In this document: one piece after another, positions 25,551 to 38,676 of the stretch
Layout of the letters: each line of letters starts with the position of its first letter
How positions within the stretch are numbered: position 1 is the first letter of the stretch
DNA from: Octopus vulgaris
Lineage: Eukaryota
DNA: 64,000 bases
Direction of reading: 5' to 3'
Assembly (NCBI GenBank): GCA_951406725.2
Contig: OX597815.1
Coordinates: 136,090,001-136,154,000 of the forward strand
The notes under the pieces: generated by a model
Seen by the model: the letters and a program-made list of their open reading frames with translations, nothing else
What the model was told of the DNA's origin: nothing
Database searches by the model: none
Translations under genes and position numbers: made by a program

Positions 25551-26944
25551 TCAATGTGCACTGTTAGCATGTTGTTTGTACCTTTTTAAATATTGAATTC
25601 TGTCTGAAAGCTAATTTATGTATGAGTCGAAACTTTAGTGCAAGAAATGTGAGTCAGTATTTTTAAATCTCACGTAGAAGAAAAGGCTCGACATATGTTA
25701 CGAGTTCCAAACGCTCATTTTTAGCAACTCGACATTGGTAAATGAAAAATGATAAATCATTTTATTTGTTAGTTAGATATGTGAAGTCATATTTTATGAT
25801 TAAAACATGAATTTACATATTTAGGTATGTAGTGAAAGAAAAAATATATTCATTAATCCATTAATAGTATGTTTACGACTAGTGTAGTCATCATCACGTT
25901 TACTACATATTTACATATCAGAATGTTTTAATAGTTTAATATACATTCATTTGCATAAATGTTAGCCTATCAAACTCACAGCATCCCATTTTCGTATGTT
26001 GCTGTTTTCAGCAATTCTTTTCCACTGCGATAACAAATGCACTTGGCATTTCGTTCGATAACATATCAGCGAATGACGAAAACCTTACACTTCACTAATA
26101 AACATGGACAGAATTTTAAAACATGGGAGTTCTCTCTCGTATTAGCCAATGGAAATAATATCAATAATCAACTAGTATTAATTTTCGCATTTTAAATTTT
26201 ATGTCAATATATTTAAGAATTTTTATTGTGATAATGATTAAATATATTTTGCCTATGTAACCGAATAGTTATATTGCAGATGTCATTTTAAACAAATTTA
26301 CGTAATTTCATTGGTTTCATTTGAATACGTCTCAACAGCTCTAGACATGCAAACATAAGCTACACTTCGTAGCCGTTCTGCCGTTAGATAATTAGAAGAG
26401 ATATGAAATTTGAATTTGGTAAGTTGTCAAAGTTCTGCAGTTTGTTTATAAGAGATAGCTTTAAGCTTGCCAGTAGCGGGTCATTTAATTGGCTGTAACT
26501 TACCATAATTCATGTCTGTGTTAGGTAAACTTGCTTATTTATATCCAACGCAAAATTCGTGCATATTCTCTATGCAAATCTATTTATGCGCTTGCAAAGA
26601 AGCGCAGAATAGTGTTTGTAGGAATATATGTGTATATATTGATATTTGTATGCTTATCTCCGATTATGCAACTAATGGCATATACTGAATTATTACTGAC
26701 ACTGATTACAAGCGAAACTTGAAGTAGAATAATCACCTAGAAAATTTATGCTTATGATGCTGTTCCTCACTAAAGATGAAGGAATATATTTATCATTAAG
26801 ACATGTTTTTGCAGATTATTTATAACATGGTGAATGTGTTCAATCTGTCTAATAGTGTGAGTAGATTGTATATTTAGATAAAAAGCGGAAATACGTAGAT
26901 ACCTTCATTCGAAGATGTGACATAGGAGCACCATATTAGATTTC

Positions 26945-26984
<40 letters not shown>

Positions 26985-27891
26985 GGCACGATATTTGATA
27001 GGGAACATTTCGCACCGTAGTTAATTAATGCTAAAATTTCAAATGCCAAAGAAAAGTGGTGGGATGTACTTATAGCATGATACTGAGGCCTTGAAAGTTC
27101 ACCATCCGGGTTATAAACACTATACAGTGCTTATGATAGGATACCAACCAACAGGATATCAATATCAGTTTAGTTGATGTAGCTGTTTCTCTCCACGTCA
27201 GACTATGTTTAAAGAAATTCCAACCATGATTCACCCACCTTTCTATCTATCAGGTATTACATTGGCCAGTGTGAATAAATTATTCTATTGAAGACAACAG
27301 TGTATAACTTCAGGACGAACTGGTTTCTATATCTATCAGATTAAGCCACCACACAGAGGCTATTACGATGGTCAGCTCTAGCACCAATGACTTTCGACAG
27401 TAACTTAACCAGTACACAAACTTTATGGACATCATGATTGTACGATTGCACTCAATGATCTACACGATGTTTGAAACGGAGAGAGAAAAACGTTACCTGG
27501 CAAATATTTGTGGAAGTCTGGTGTGAGATAAACCGAACATTGTTACACCTGTTTAAAACACATGTAAATAAGCCTTAAGTGTATGAAGGCTACTTTTGCA
27601 CGGTTTCAATTGACAGAAATCATGCTTAACGGAAATATGTCGTTGAAATGCAGATATTTTGCCATGGTGCGTCATGTGAAGAAATTTCTTATTGACATGC
27701 TGCGTTTAAAATTATAACATCGGAGAGATAGCAAAATCGTCCCAGCAGTGGCTAGCGAGTACTCCAGGTGAACTTCGGTCATGTTGTGCCTTGTAAGTTG
27801 CTCAGAGCCTGGTAAAAGCTTAGATGAGAGTTATCTCCTCCGGTATGTAGGAGTATAATGAAAAACATTCCCTGATATTGCGAATACATAC

Positions 27892-27925
<34 letters not shown>

Positions 27926-28229
27926 ATGTGTGCGTGCGTGTTACAAAATGCAGTGTGCAGCTTGTCCCCAGTTCGAACGTGCATCAAGCATATTCGGACT
28001 GATAACTACATCGTAATTTCACTTATCTCTGCTTAGCGCTCCCCCTCCGTAATTTACTTACAGTGAACCACTGTATAGCGCTGCGAGCTGATCAAGTGTA
28101 CACACACTATTTGTCAACAAGGGAGATATATTCTCCGTGACAAAATGCAGCGAGTAGATTGTTCCCCAGTTCATACGTAGCATTGCAATATGAATTGATT
28201 GCATCGCAATCATTAACATTTATGTATTA

Positions 28230-28312
28230 ACTTTGTTGGGTACTTCACTAGCAGTATATTGGATATATGTTATCCCATGGAGGGTTGCATTTACAACCCC
28301 TATCTCAATTTG

Positions 28313-28344
<32 letters not shown>

Positions 28345-28930
28345 TATATATGTACATACATATATACATACATATATACGCGCACACACATGTACATATG
28401 CACATACAGCTTGGAACAACCATCACCAAACTTCGCCAGGAGCCACGTTTAATTTTCATGCTACGTACTGATACACTATTTGGACTTATATGTATGTGTG
28501 TGTAACTCCTCTTATTATCCTTTTCCCTGCTGTTCTTTCTGTTTTCTCTTACCACCTATCCTTCGTGCACTCCCACACACCCACATACATAACTTACAAC
28601 CCAACGCATAACATACATGTCTACGGTAGGCACGCTCACACAATTATGTACCAGCCATCACAGATGGCTGGTATGTAATTGTATAATAGTATTTCTGTAT
28701 TTGTTTTTGTATATTGTGTGTAAAAACTTCCTGATGAAGGGAGTGTCAGTTTTGAAAATATGAAATATATCATATTACTTGGCACGTCTCTGGAACGGCC
28801 TGAAGATGGAACTTTAAATTTTTGTATTATTTTTCGGGGGATTTTAATACATCCTTTTAATGTTTTAGCATCCCGAATTTTTAATTACACCAATGTAAAT
28901 TCACTGTGTTTTATGTATAACGCCGATTTT
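28230..28930 (+). mobile_element. Probable Penelope-like pLTR remnant with degenerate hammerhead
   Basis: cttc-CTGATGA(28731)-agggagtgtcag...ttggcacgtctct-GGAA-cggcct-gaag. Confidence 0.4.
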
Positions 28931-28968
28931 TATCTATTTATATATATATATATATATTTCTATTTAGA

Positions 28969-29030
<62 letters not shown>

Positions 29031-29232
29031 TATGTAAATATGGAAGAATATATGAATGTGCGTATGTATTTGATTTTCAAGTGGGGATCTTAATTATGTT
29101 CCTCTAGTTTCCGCTTGCATTGCCTCCGTTGAAATTAAGGAGTGAAATATAGCTCACGTCGAGCACTACAACTCCAGTTTGTATTTTATTTGCGAGTATT
29201 GCTAACACTAGCAATCTCAAAATAAAGATGTG

Positions 29233-29276
<44 letters not shown>

Positions 29277-29281
29277 ATTAC

Positions 29282-29485
29282 TCTTACTCTTTTCTTTGTT
29301 TCAGTCATTTCACTGCACTCATGCTGGAGCACCGCCTTTAGTCGAAGAGATTGACCCCCCAGGACTTATTCTTTGAAAGCCTAGAACTTATTCTATCGGT
29401 CACTTTTGCTGAACTGCTAATTACGGGGACAGAAGCGCACCAGCATCGGTTGTCAAGCGATGTTGGGGGACAAAGACACAGAAAA

Positions 29486-29567
<82 letters not shown>

Positions 29568-29725
29568 GTATACGACCGGCTTCTTTCAGTTACCGTGTAC
29601 CAAATCCACTCACAAGGCTTTGGCTGGGCCGAGGCTGTAGCAGAAGTCACTTCCCCAAGGTGCCACGCAGTGGGACTGAACCCAGAACCTTGTGGTTGTT
29701 AAGCAAGCTACTTGTCACACAACCA
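29282..29725 (-). mobile_element. tRNA-derived SINE with internal (CA)n, abundant family
   Basis: Near full-length match to the 62778-63205 copy. Confidence 0.85.
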
Positions 29726-30676
29726 ATATATGTATGTATATATGTGTGTGTCAGCGTGCGCGCGACCGTATGTAGTGCTTTGTATGCTTGGAATCTCTAC
29801 CTCAAATGTTTTTTCGTATATTTTGTATTCGTTTGCTTACCATACAGCAATTCGTTGTCCTTGGGGATCCCTGCTAATTTTCTTTTCTAATTTAGGTCAG
29901 TCTTATTATTTTAATACCTTCACCACGAAATACCATCATCATCAATCTATTTTTCTATCCATGTATGTAGTTTTCTATACAGTTATCTATTCACATATAT
30001 ATTTATATATGTTGTGTATTTTCCTTATTTCTCTCGTTGCCTTTCATATTGTATCTATATTCTTTTATTCTTTACTATGATCATCACCATCATCACTTTT
30101 ATCATCTTCCATTATAAGTAGTATTAATGCAGTTTCCTCTGCAAATAAGTATATGATGACGAGAATTAACATAACATGCTAACGTACATACACATATATG
30201 TGAGTGCATGTATATACATAAACAATCTTACACATGCTGACACTGTAATGATTTATTAATGCTATACGTATGTATGTGTGTGTATGTGCATATATATATA
30301 TATATATATGCATTTGTTTTGTTAATAAACAGTGTCTACTAGATTACATGCAAGAATCTGACATTGGCGTACACCACCCAGTTTTATCGTTCCCTTGCGT
30401 TACTCACTAACACAAAAATACTTACAGATATATAGACGTAGACATACACGTATATACAAATAATTCATATATTGTATTACCTCCGTTTTCAGACTGGCTC
30501 CTTGAGAAGCTTATACAATTTGCAGTGTTATGAATTATTCTGTAGTTACCAAGAGAATGGTCGATGATATGCACATAAATAAACATAAAATGTCTTTCAC
30601 TTCTCTATCACTTCCTTTCTTCCTTTTCTTCTTCTTTTATCAATATATTTATACTCTTTTCCTTGCCTCTCCCTTT

Positions 30677-30713
<37 letters not shown>

Positions 30714-30769
30714 ACTGCTCTCCTTCTCTGAAATAAACGTATTCTCCTTCTGTGATTAATGGTTTCACA

Positions 30770-30960
30770 TTTTGGCACGAGGCCACCAATTTTAGGGATG
30801 GGGAAAAGGTCGATTACATCGGCCTTAGTGCTCGACTGGTTCTTAGTTTATCAACCCCGAAAAGATGAAAGGCCAAGTAAATTTTGGTGGAATTTGAGCT
30901 CAAAGTGTAAAGCAGGAAGGATTACAGACAAACATTTTATCCGACATGCTAACAGTTCTA
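30770..30960 (-). mobile_element. Meta/MESC-type SINE, degenerate
   Basis: ccccgaaaagatgaaaggcc...ggaatttgagctca core; tail ttttggcacgaggccaccaattt. Confidence 0.6.
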
Positions 30961-31107
30961 GATGCTTTCTGCGTTTATCTTTGAATAATAACTTTTCTTG
31001 TCACTATGTGAGGTTCTTCGAAATTCAAATTAACCCCCACCTCTCTCTCACACACACAGACTCTCTTTCTCTCATATACACACACACTCTCCATCCACGC
31101 ATCCATC

Positions 31108-31143
<36 letters not shown>

Positions 31144-31144
<1 letters not shown>

Positions 31145-31551
31145 ATATTGACCAAGGTTACCGTGGTCTTTTTGTAGGCTTTTCTTCCCACGGATAAACC
31201 TTACTTGGTTTCCCCTTTACATCATATATCACAACACTGTGATACACGATCCCTATTGATCGTTTTTTCCTCTTCCCCTTTTTTTGCCCTTTTTTCTTTT
31301 TTTTTTCATTTCTCTTTTCTTTTGTTCCTTTTCCTTTTCTTTTCTTTTTATTTTAATTTTTTAATTTTTTAATTTTATTTTATTATTTTTTTTGTTCTTT
31401 TCTTCCCTTTTACGATCCCTCTTGATCGAAAACCTACGCCACCCCTTTTTTTTGTTTCTTTTGTTTTTTGTTTTTTTCATCCCCCAAAAGAAAAGCTCTA
31501 CCTTGTAACTTGTCCCATCTGTGTGCAGCCCTGTGTGGCCAATAAAGAACT
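31144..31551 (+). mobile_element. Tx1-like LINE 3' UTR in (TCTA)n, copy 1
   Basis: Matches 59844-60251; ends gtggccaataaagaac; (TCTA)n on both sides. Confidence 0.85.
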
Positions 31552-31576
31552 TATCTATCTATCTATCTATCTATCT

Positions 31577-31980
31577 AATATTGACCAAGGTTACCGTGGT
31601 CTTTTTGTAGGCTTTTCTTCCCACGGATAAACCTTACTTGGTTTCCCCTTTACATCATATATCACAACACTGTGATACACGATCTCTATTGATCGTTTTT
31701 TCCTCTTCCCCTTTTTTTGCCCTTTTTTCTTTTTTTTCATTTCTCTTTTCTTTTGTTCCTTTTCCTTTTCTTTTCTTTTTATTTTAATTTTTTAATTTTT
31801 TATTTTATTTTATTATTTTTTTTGTTCTTTTCTTCTCTTTTACGATCCCTCTTGATCGAAAACCTACGCCACCCCTTTTTTTGTTTCTTTTGTTTTTTGT
31901 TTTTTTCATCCCCCAAAAGAAAAGCTCTACCTTGTAACTTGTCCCATCTGTGTGCAGCCCTGTGTGGCCAATAAAGAAAC

Positions 31981-31981
<1 letters not shown>
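31577..31981 (+). mobile_element. Tx1-like LINE 3' UTR in (TCTA)n, copy 2 (tandem duplicate)
   Basis: Near-identical to 31144-31551 with the same 5' truncation point. Confidence 0.85.
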
Positions 31982-32070
<89 letters not shown>

Positions 32071-32694
32071 GTCTATCTATCTATCATTGTAAGGTTTTCA
32101 TTCATGCATAAACCATTTGCAACTCGATTTCTTTTGATTCTCTTCGTCCGTCATAATTTTCTCTATCTCTAATTCGCTGTCTCTTTCGTTTCCTTCCTTC
32201 TTTCGTACTCCTTCGGTTTGTGCGTTCGCATTTCACTTAATTTTTCATTTGGTTTCTCTTTTCTTTCTTGTTCTCCTCTTCGTTTGTCTTTCTTTTTTTT
32301 TTTCTCCTTGAGGCTTTTTGGCGGTGATTCTAAGTTCTCTTTTCTTTTCACCACCGTAAATGGCTCCTCCATTTTCTCTTCCTATACGGCTGTACTCTCT
32401 TCTTGAATTTTTTTTCTGTTATTTCCTCATCGTGTTTCTACGGACACTTGGCCTTCATGTGTCCCCTTACGCCATACAAAAATCCTCAATCTAATCTCTT
32501 CCGGCAAAACCAGCTCTTCTACAATCTTATGGAGGTATGGCAGGCTTATATGGACTATCACCTCTAGCCCATATCTCCAATATTTCACCTCCGTAGTTTT
32601 GGACATTTTCAAAATTTCTGCATCTTCCTATGAATGGTAGGAATGTTTAACTTAACATTATAATTTATAAATTTCCTAACGCTATATACATGCA

Positions 32695-32880
32695 CATTTT
32701 CGTCTGCCGTTACGTTCTGAGTTCAAATTCCACCGAGGTCAACATTGCCTTTCATCCTTTCAGGGTCGATTAAATAAGTACCAGTTACGCACTGAGGTGG
32801 ATGTAATCAACTTAATCCGTTTGTCTGTCCCTGTTTGTCCTCTCTGTGTTTAGCCCCTTGTCGGTAGTAAATAAATAGCT
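32695..32880 (+). mobile_element. Meta/MESC-type SINE with Tx1-like tail
   Basis: Core gaggtcaacattgcctttcatcctttcagggtcgattaaataagtaccag; tail ttgtctgtccctgtttgtcctctctgtgtttagcccc. Confidence 0.8.
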
Positions 32881-33479
32881 ATATATATGCACATTTACTA
32901 CATACATTCATACATACATACATATATATGGATAGACACATATCTTAATTATTAATAACTAAATTTCGTACATTCCTGCATATATTTATATATGTTTATA
33001 CATATGCACATATATAAAGAGAAGTAAACACACACACACAGAAAAGATAAATAAATAAATCAGAAATATGTGTTAAGAGGATACAGTTTATCACTGATAC
33101 GTATACAGACAATTTAAAATCATAAACGCCGATAGATTTTTTTATTTTCAAAAAGGAAACTAATTTTCTCACATCATTGTTATTAATATATACAGCTAAA
33201 TAATACAGCCATCGTGATGCGTCTATATACGTAGATACACATACTCACTCGCGGACACACATTTATACCCCCCTACATAGTCACAGACAGATACACAAAG
33301 ATGTATTCATTTATGTATATGAGTAGTTATATATGCATAAGTAAGTTTAGAATTTTTAATGGAAATGTGTTTTTTTAAAGAATGCAATTATAGTAGAATG
33401 TATTTGTAAAAAATATCAAAATATCAAAATATTTTGTAAAAAATATCAAAATATCAAAATTAAAATGTAAACGATAATA

Positions 33480-33662
33480 AGGATTTTAAATTTTGGCCCA
33501 AGGCCAGCAATTTTGGGGCAGGGGTAAGTCGATTACACCGACAGCGATACTCGACTGGTACTTATTTTATTGACCGCTGAAGAATGAAATTTGAATGTAA
33601 GGATGGACGAAATGCCGCTCAACATTTTCCCCGCTGCGGTAACGATTCACTCAGCTCACCGC
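33480..33662 (-). mobile_element. Meta/MESC-type SINE, internally deleted
   Basis: tttggcccaaggccagcaattttgggg tail, ctggtacttattttattgacc core, cagctcaccgc head. Confidence 0.55.
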
Positions 33663-33937
33663 GTAAAAGTAAACGATAATAGTAATAATAATATAAAAAT
33701 TACTATAAAAATTATATAAGCGATTTGAATGATATGTATAATTTCTGAAGTGAGACTATTGCATTCATTGACTCCAATAGATAACAGGTACTAATTATAT
33801 AGACACTGAATCGATCAAAGGCAAAGTCGATACAACCAGAGATAGAAGAGCGAAATACGAAAAACCAGCCGCAGCCACAACAGCAACGACGACGGCAAAA
33901 AGAACAACAACAACCACAACAACAACAAAGAGAGCAG

Positions 33938-34470
33938 GCATTGGGTCTGTGGCTTCTGATCTTAACTGATTGGAAGTATTTTCATGTACATGTTTTGTCT
34001 TGGTCTAAAAGATGGGCTACAGCAAATATTCTGCTTAATACCACAAATTTGCTTGTCAATTGTTTGACCGTAACCAGTTGAGCATGTCCCTTAGTGACTG
34101 ACAATATGTGCATCTCTGATCATGAGCAGAAGTAGTGGGGGATCATCATAGCCATGTGTTGAGAGGGATTCTTTGGGGTTTGAATAATTCACCTCTGGAA
34201 ACATGGGTGCTTCGTTCAACATCCTTAAACAACCCTTATTCAGGGACCATTTGAGCGGGAGGGGTTACTCGACCAGAATAAATTTTTAACTGGGCCCCAC
34301 CTGCAAGGTCATGCACTGTTTATCTTGATATGAGATTACTATGTCGCGCACATATGGTTGTGATGCACGTGCCTGGTGTATCCTTATCAGACGGGTGGTC
34401 ATGATGAGTATACTGGGCTTCGTATATTTTTCCCAATGTCACTTTGATGACATGCACTGCTCTCTCACTC
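33938..34470 (+). mobile_element. Unclassified interspersed repeat, probably a LINE 3' end, running into (TAA)n
   Basis: High-complexity block bounded by (CAA)n and ending ctctctcactc(aat)n; classification is inference only. Confidence 0.4.
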
Positions 34471-34516
34471 AATAATAATAATAATAACAATAATAATAAT
34501 AATAATAATAATAATG

Positions 34517-34556
<40 letters not shown>

Positions 34557-34785
34557 GACGAAGAAGAAGAATATATATACATATATGTGTGTGTGTATGT
34601 ATGTGTGTGTGTGTGTTTCTCCCCCGCCATCGCATGACAACCGATGTTGGTGTGTAAATTAGCGGTTGGGCAAAAGAGACCATTACAATAACTCCTGAGG
34701 TCGATTTGTTCAACTAAAGGCTGTGCTCTAGCATGGCCCCAATCAAATGATTGAAACAAATAGAAATAATAAAAGAATATATATA

Positions 34786-35392
<607 letters not shown>

Positions 35393-35397
35393 TATAT

Positions 35398-35584
35398 ATA
35401 TATATAAAAGGAAATGAAGAAAATGCTGACAAATAATTGAAGTAATTTAAGTAATTTACTTATCAAAATATATTTTGATAAGCATAACAAATGCGCAACC
35501 GGTAAAAAGAACTTTCACCTAATTAAATTACTTAAATTACTTCAATTATTTGTCAGCATTTTCTTCATTTCCTTTTATATATAT
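35398..35584. repeat. Inverted repeat, 61-bp perfect arms, with an internal 24-bp palindrome
   Basis: 35398-35458 versus 35524-35584; cttatcaaaatatattttgataag at 35459-35482. Confidence 0.9.
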
Positions 35585-35910
35585 CACCACTCGTGTTCGA
35601 CATCTCCTTTTTTTAAATATATATATATATATATACATACATACATACATACATACATACATACATACATACATACATTTATACACACATATATGTTTGT
35701 GCTCCAGCATTGCTGCAGTCAAATGACTGGAACAAGTAAAAGAATAAAAGAATATTCATATACACATATTGACATAAAAAACACGTACATGCAACTATAC
35801 ACGCATATACAATTATACATACACAGGCACACAAAAGATATGCTACGAGAAGACAGCTTGGATTATACACCTATCTGCTTACATATGTATCTATCTGTCT
35901 GTCTATCTAT

Positions 35911-35946
<36 letters not shown>

Positions 35947-36316
35947 TGTGTGTGTGTATAAGTCAAGTTCATTTCACAGACACCTTGTCTCTCCTGGTAG
36001 TGGAGAGCTGGTCTACTGTAATTCTTTTAGTCGATCAGATGTCTGGATGCGAGCCAAGATAAACAACGATAAACAAAAGGTGGTTGCGTTTTATTTGCAT
36101 AAAATGTATTTATAGACTACTAGCCTGTGTTGAGTACTCTCTCCTCACTCCATTACCGCTTTTTTTTTATGTATGTCCCTCTGTCCTTGCCTCTTTCTAC
36201 GTACACACATTCATACATGCATACATACATACACACACACATACATACATCTTATGACGTCAAATCTTGAGGGATTTCCTGGAAAATCATCACGACAGAT
36301 GACATAGATGCATGCA

Positions 36317-36363
<47 letters not shown>

Positions 36364-37009
36364 ATACCTGACCTTGTCCTCTCTTGGGCCCACAAACCAT
36401 GATAAATTATCTCGAATTCCATCGTGGCAGTTCACGTGTTTGGGGTATTTTCAGGCTTTGCAGAGCCCATTATTCAACGTCTATGGCGAAAGATTATTTC
36501 TTTCAGAGAACGACAATGAGAGGGAGAGAGAGAGAGAGAGGAGGGGTGCGTGTGTGAGCGTGAGAATACAATGAGGGACAGTTAAAGAGAAAGAAGACTT
36601 AAAATAGTATATAATTAGTAACCAAACGTCGCTGAGTGATGAAATGCAAAGTTCAACAGGGCAGTATTTGAAACAGAGCCGGAGCGTTTACTAAAATTTA
36701 TCTGATGCTGTAACGAAGAAGCCATTTTGTATGTATATTTGAATGTATGCGTATGTGCGACGTATATGCATGTTACCATGTATGCATGTGTGTCCTCGTG
36801 CGTGCATGCATATATATGTATCCTTTGTCTCTTATAGAAATCTACAATATAGGATTTCTTCAATTACAATTTACCTAGCATTTTTAAGAGTAGAATGCAT
36901 CGGGTCGTGCCAGGTCCAGTTTTTAAAATTTCAACCCCAATTAAGCAAAATTTAGAGAAAACTCACATTGTGGTGTGTGAGTCAAGTGCTTTTCTTAGTG
37001 TGGGCTATA

Positions 37010-37045
<36 letters not shown>

Positions 37046-37823
37046 AGCGATCTGATTCACTCACGCTATCACTCTAATTTCTACGACTTTCTCTTTGCAA
37101 GTTTGCAACGATTAAAGTGAAACTATTTCAATAAAACGAGAGAAGTGTACCTTAAACCACTACTAAAAAAAAACACAGCAAACAGAAACAAATAAATACA
37201 TAACGATTTACTCCTCACACAATTTCTTCAATTAGAGTTTACCCATGATTTTTCAAAGTACTTCCATTGGGTCATGCCATACAAAATTTCTTTCAATTTT
37301 ACCCCCAATTAAGACAAAATTCGAGAAAACTCAATATTTTAACATTTCACTCCAGAAGCATTGATGTACATGTGTGCGTGCGTGAGTGTGTGTGTGTCAT
37401 TCCTCACACACACGCATACACATACATATATGACAGTGACAAACACAAACGTTTCAAACAACTACATACAAACACGTGTGTGTTTGTTATTAGTAAAAAA
37501 GGCGCCAAAACACAACTCACTTCTCATTCCAACACATTTGCAAAGACACACGGACGGTCGAATTGCTATAACAATACAGAAAAGGTAAATTGGTTTTTAT
37601 TTTACTTTCTGTCGTTAAATTTTGGTAGTATTAATTGGCGAGCCGAGCTTGCAGTATGAAACAGTGTTTATGTATAAACAGACGACACTTATATATAGTT
37701 ATTAATAAATGTATGCATCCGTTTAAAAGAAAAACCCCAAAATATTTTATTCTTTATAAAATAACATTTTCTTTTAAGAATGTGTATATAACAAAGTATG
37801 TGTATATAACTACGTGGCTTATA

Positions 37824-38220
37824 TCTTTATATATAAAAGTGAAGTTGTGTGTCTGTCTCCTACGATTTAGATTCCTAACTACTCCCACATTTTGCGGTGC
37901 AGTGTAACCAAAACCGGGTATCTTATAGTCGTGATTCATGTCGAGCCCGTCTGGGTAATAGCGTGCGTCTACGATGAGTCTACGATTTAAAAAAATTTAC
38001 CATCATATTTTTCCATTTTAATGCATTTTTTTCGCTATTATATAAGGGAAGTAACTCTCTAAAAATATCTACGATGTGTCAACGATTTAAAAAAAAAATT
38101 ACCTTAATTTTTTTTCCATTTTTAATGCATTTTTTTGCTATTTTTTGGCTATAACTCTCTAAAAATGCTTATATAGTTATTTCCCTTACAAACCCGAGCA
38201 ACGCCGGGCGATACTGCTAG
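37824..38220 (+). mobile_element. Non-autonomous Helitron, same family as 1538-2042
   Basis: a|TCtttatatataaaa ... cccgagcaacgccgggcgatactgCTAG|t. Confidence 0.85.
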
Positions 38221-38276
38221 TATATATATAAATACACACATATTATATATGTATAAATATATATATCACGCACACA

Positions 38277-38590
38277 CATACATTGCTGGAGATAAGAGCT
38301 AAAATGCTCTAACGTTGTAGTTAAAGCATATTACTGTATACGTATGTACTGACAGGCACTGTAATCTCCCGAAAGTACTGGTCGAGAATTCCTTATATTG
38401 ATCGGTAAGTTTCGGCTAACTCCGTAGCCTCATCAATAGGGACCGCTCGAAATTAGCCGAAGCTGACCGATCAGAACAAGGAATACTTGAACGGTGCTTT
38501 CGGGTGATTACAGTCCCTGTCAATACACATGTATACAATTTTTAACTACAGCATTGGAGCTGTGTAGCTTTATTTTTAGCAATGTAGGTG
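38277..38590. mobile_element. Fold-back MITE with ~140-bp imperfect arms
   Basis: acattgctggagataagagct...ttcggctaa pairs with ttagccgaa...agctttatttttagcaatgt; loop about 30 nt. Confidence 0.75.
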
Positions 38591-38623
38591 TTCTAACAGC
38601 CAAGTCATGTTTAGTGACAATTA

Positions 38624-38669
<46 letters not shown>

Positions 38670-38676
<7 letters not shown>

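Noticed and set aside
27943-28212. Two degenerate ~70-bp direct repeats (caaaatgcag...ccccagttc) as an array or CRISPR
   Set aside because: Only two diverged units in eukaryotic context, with no regular repeat-spacer structure
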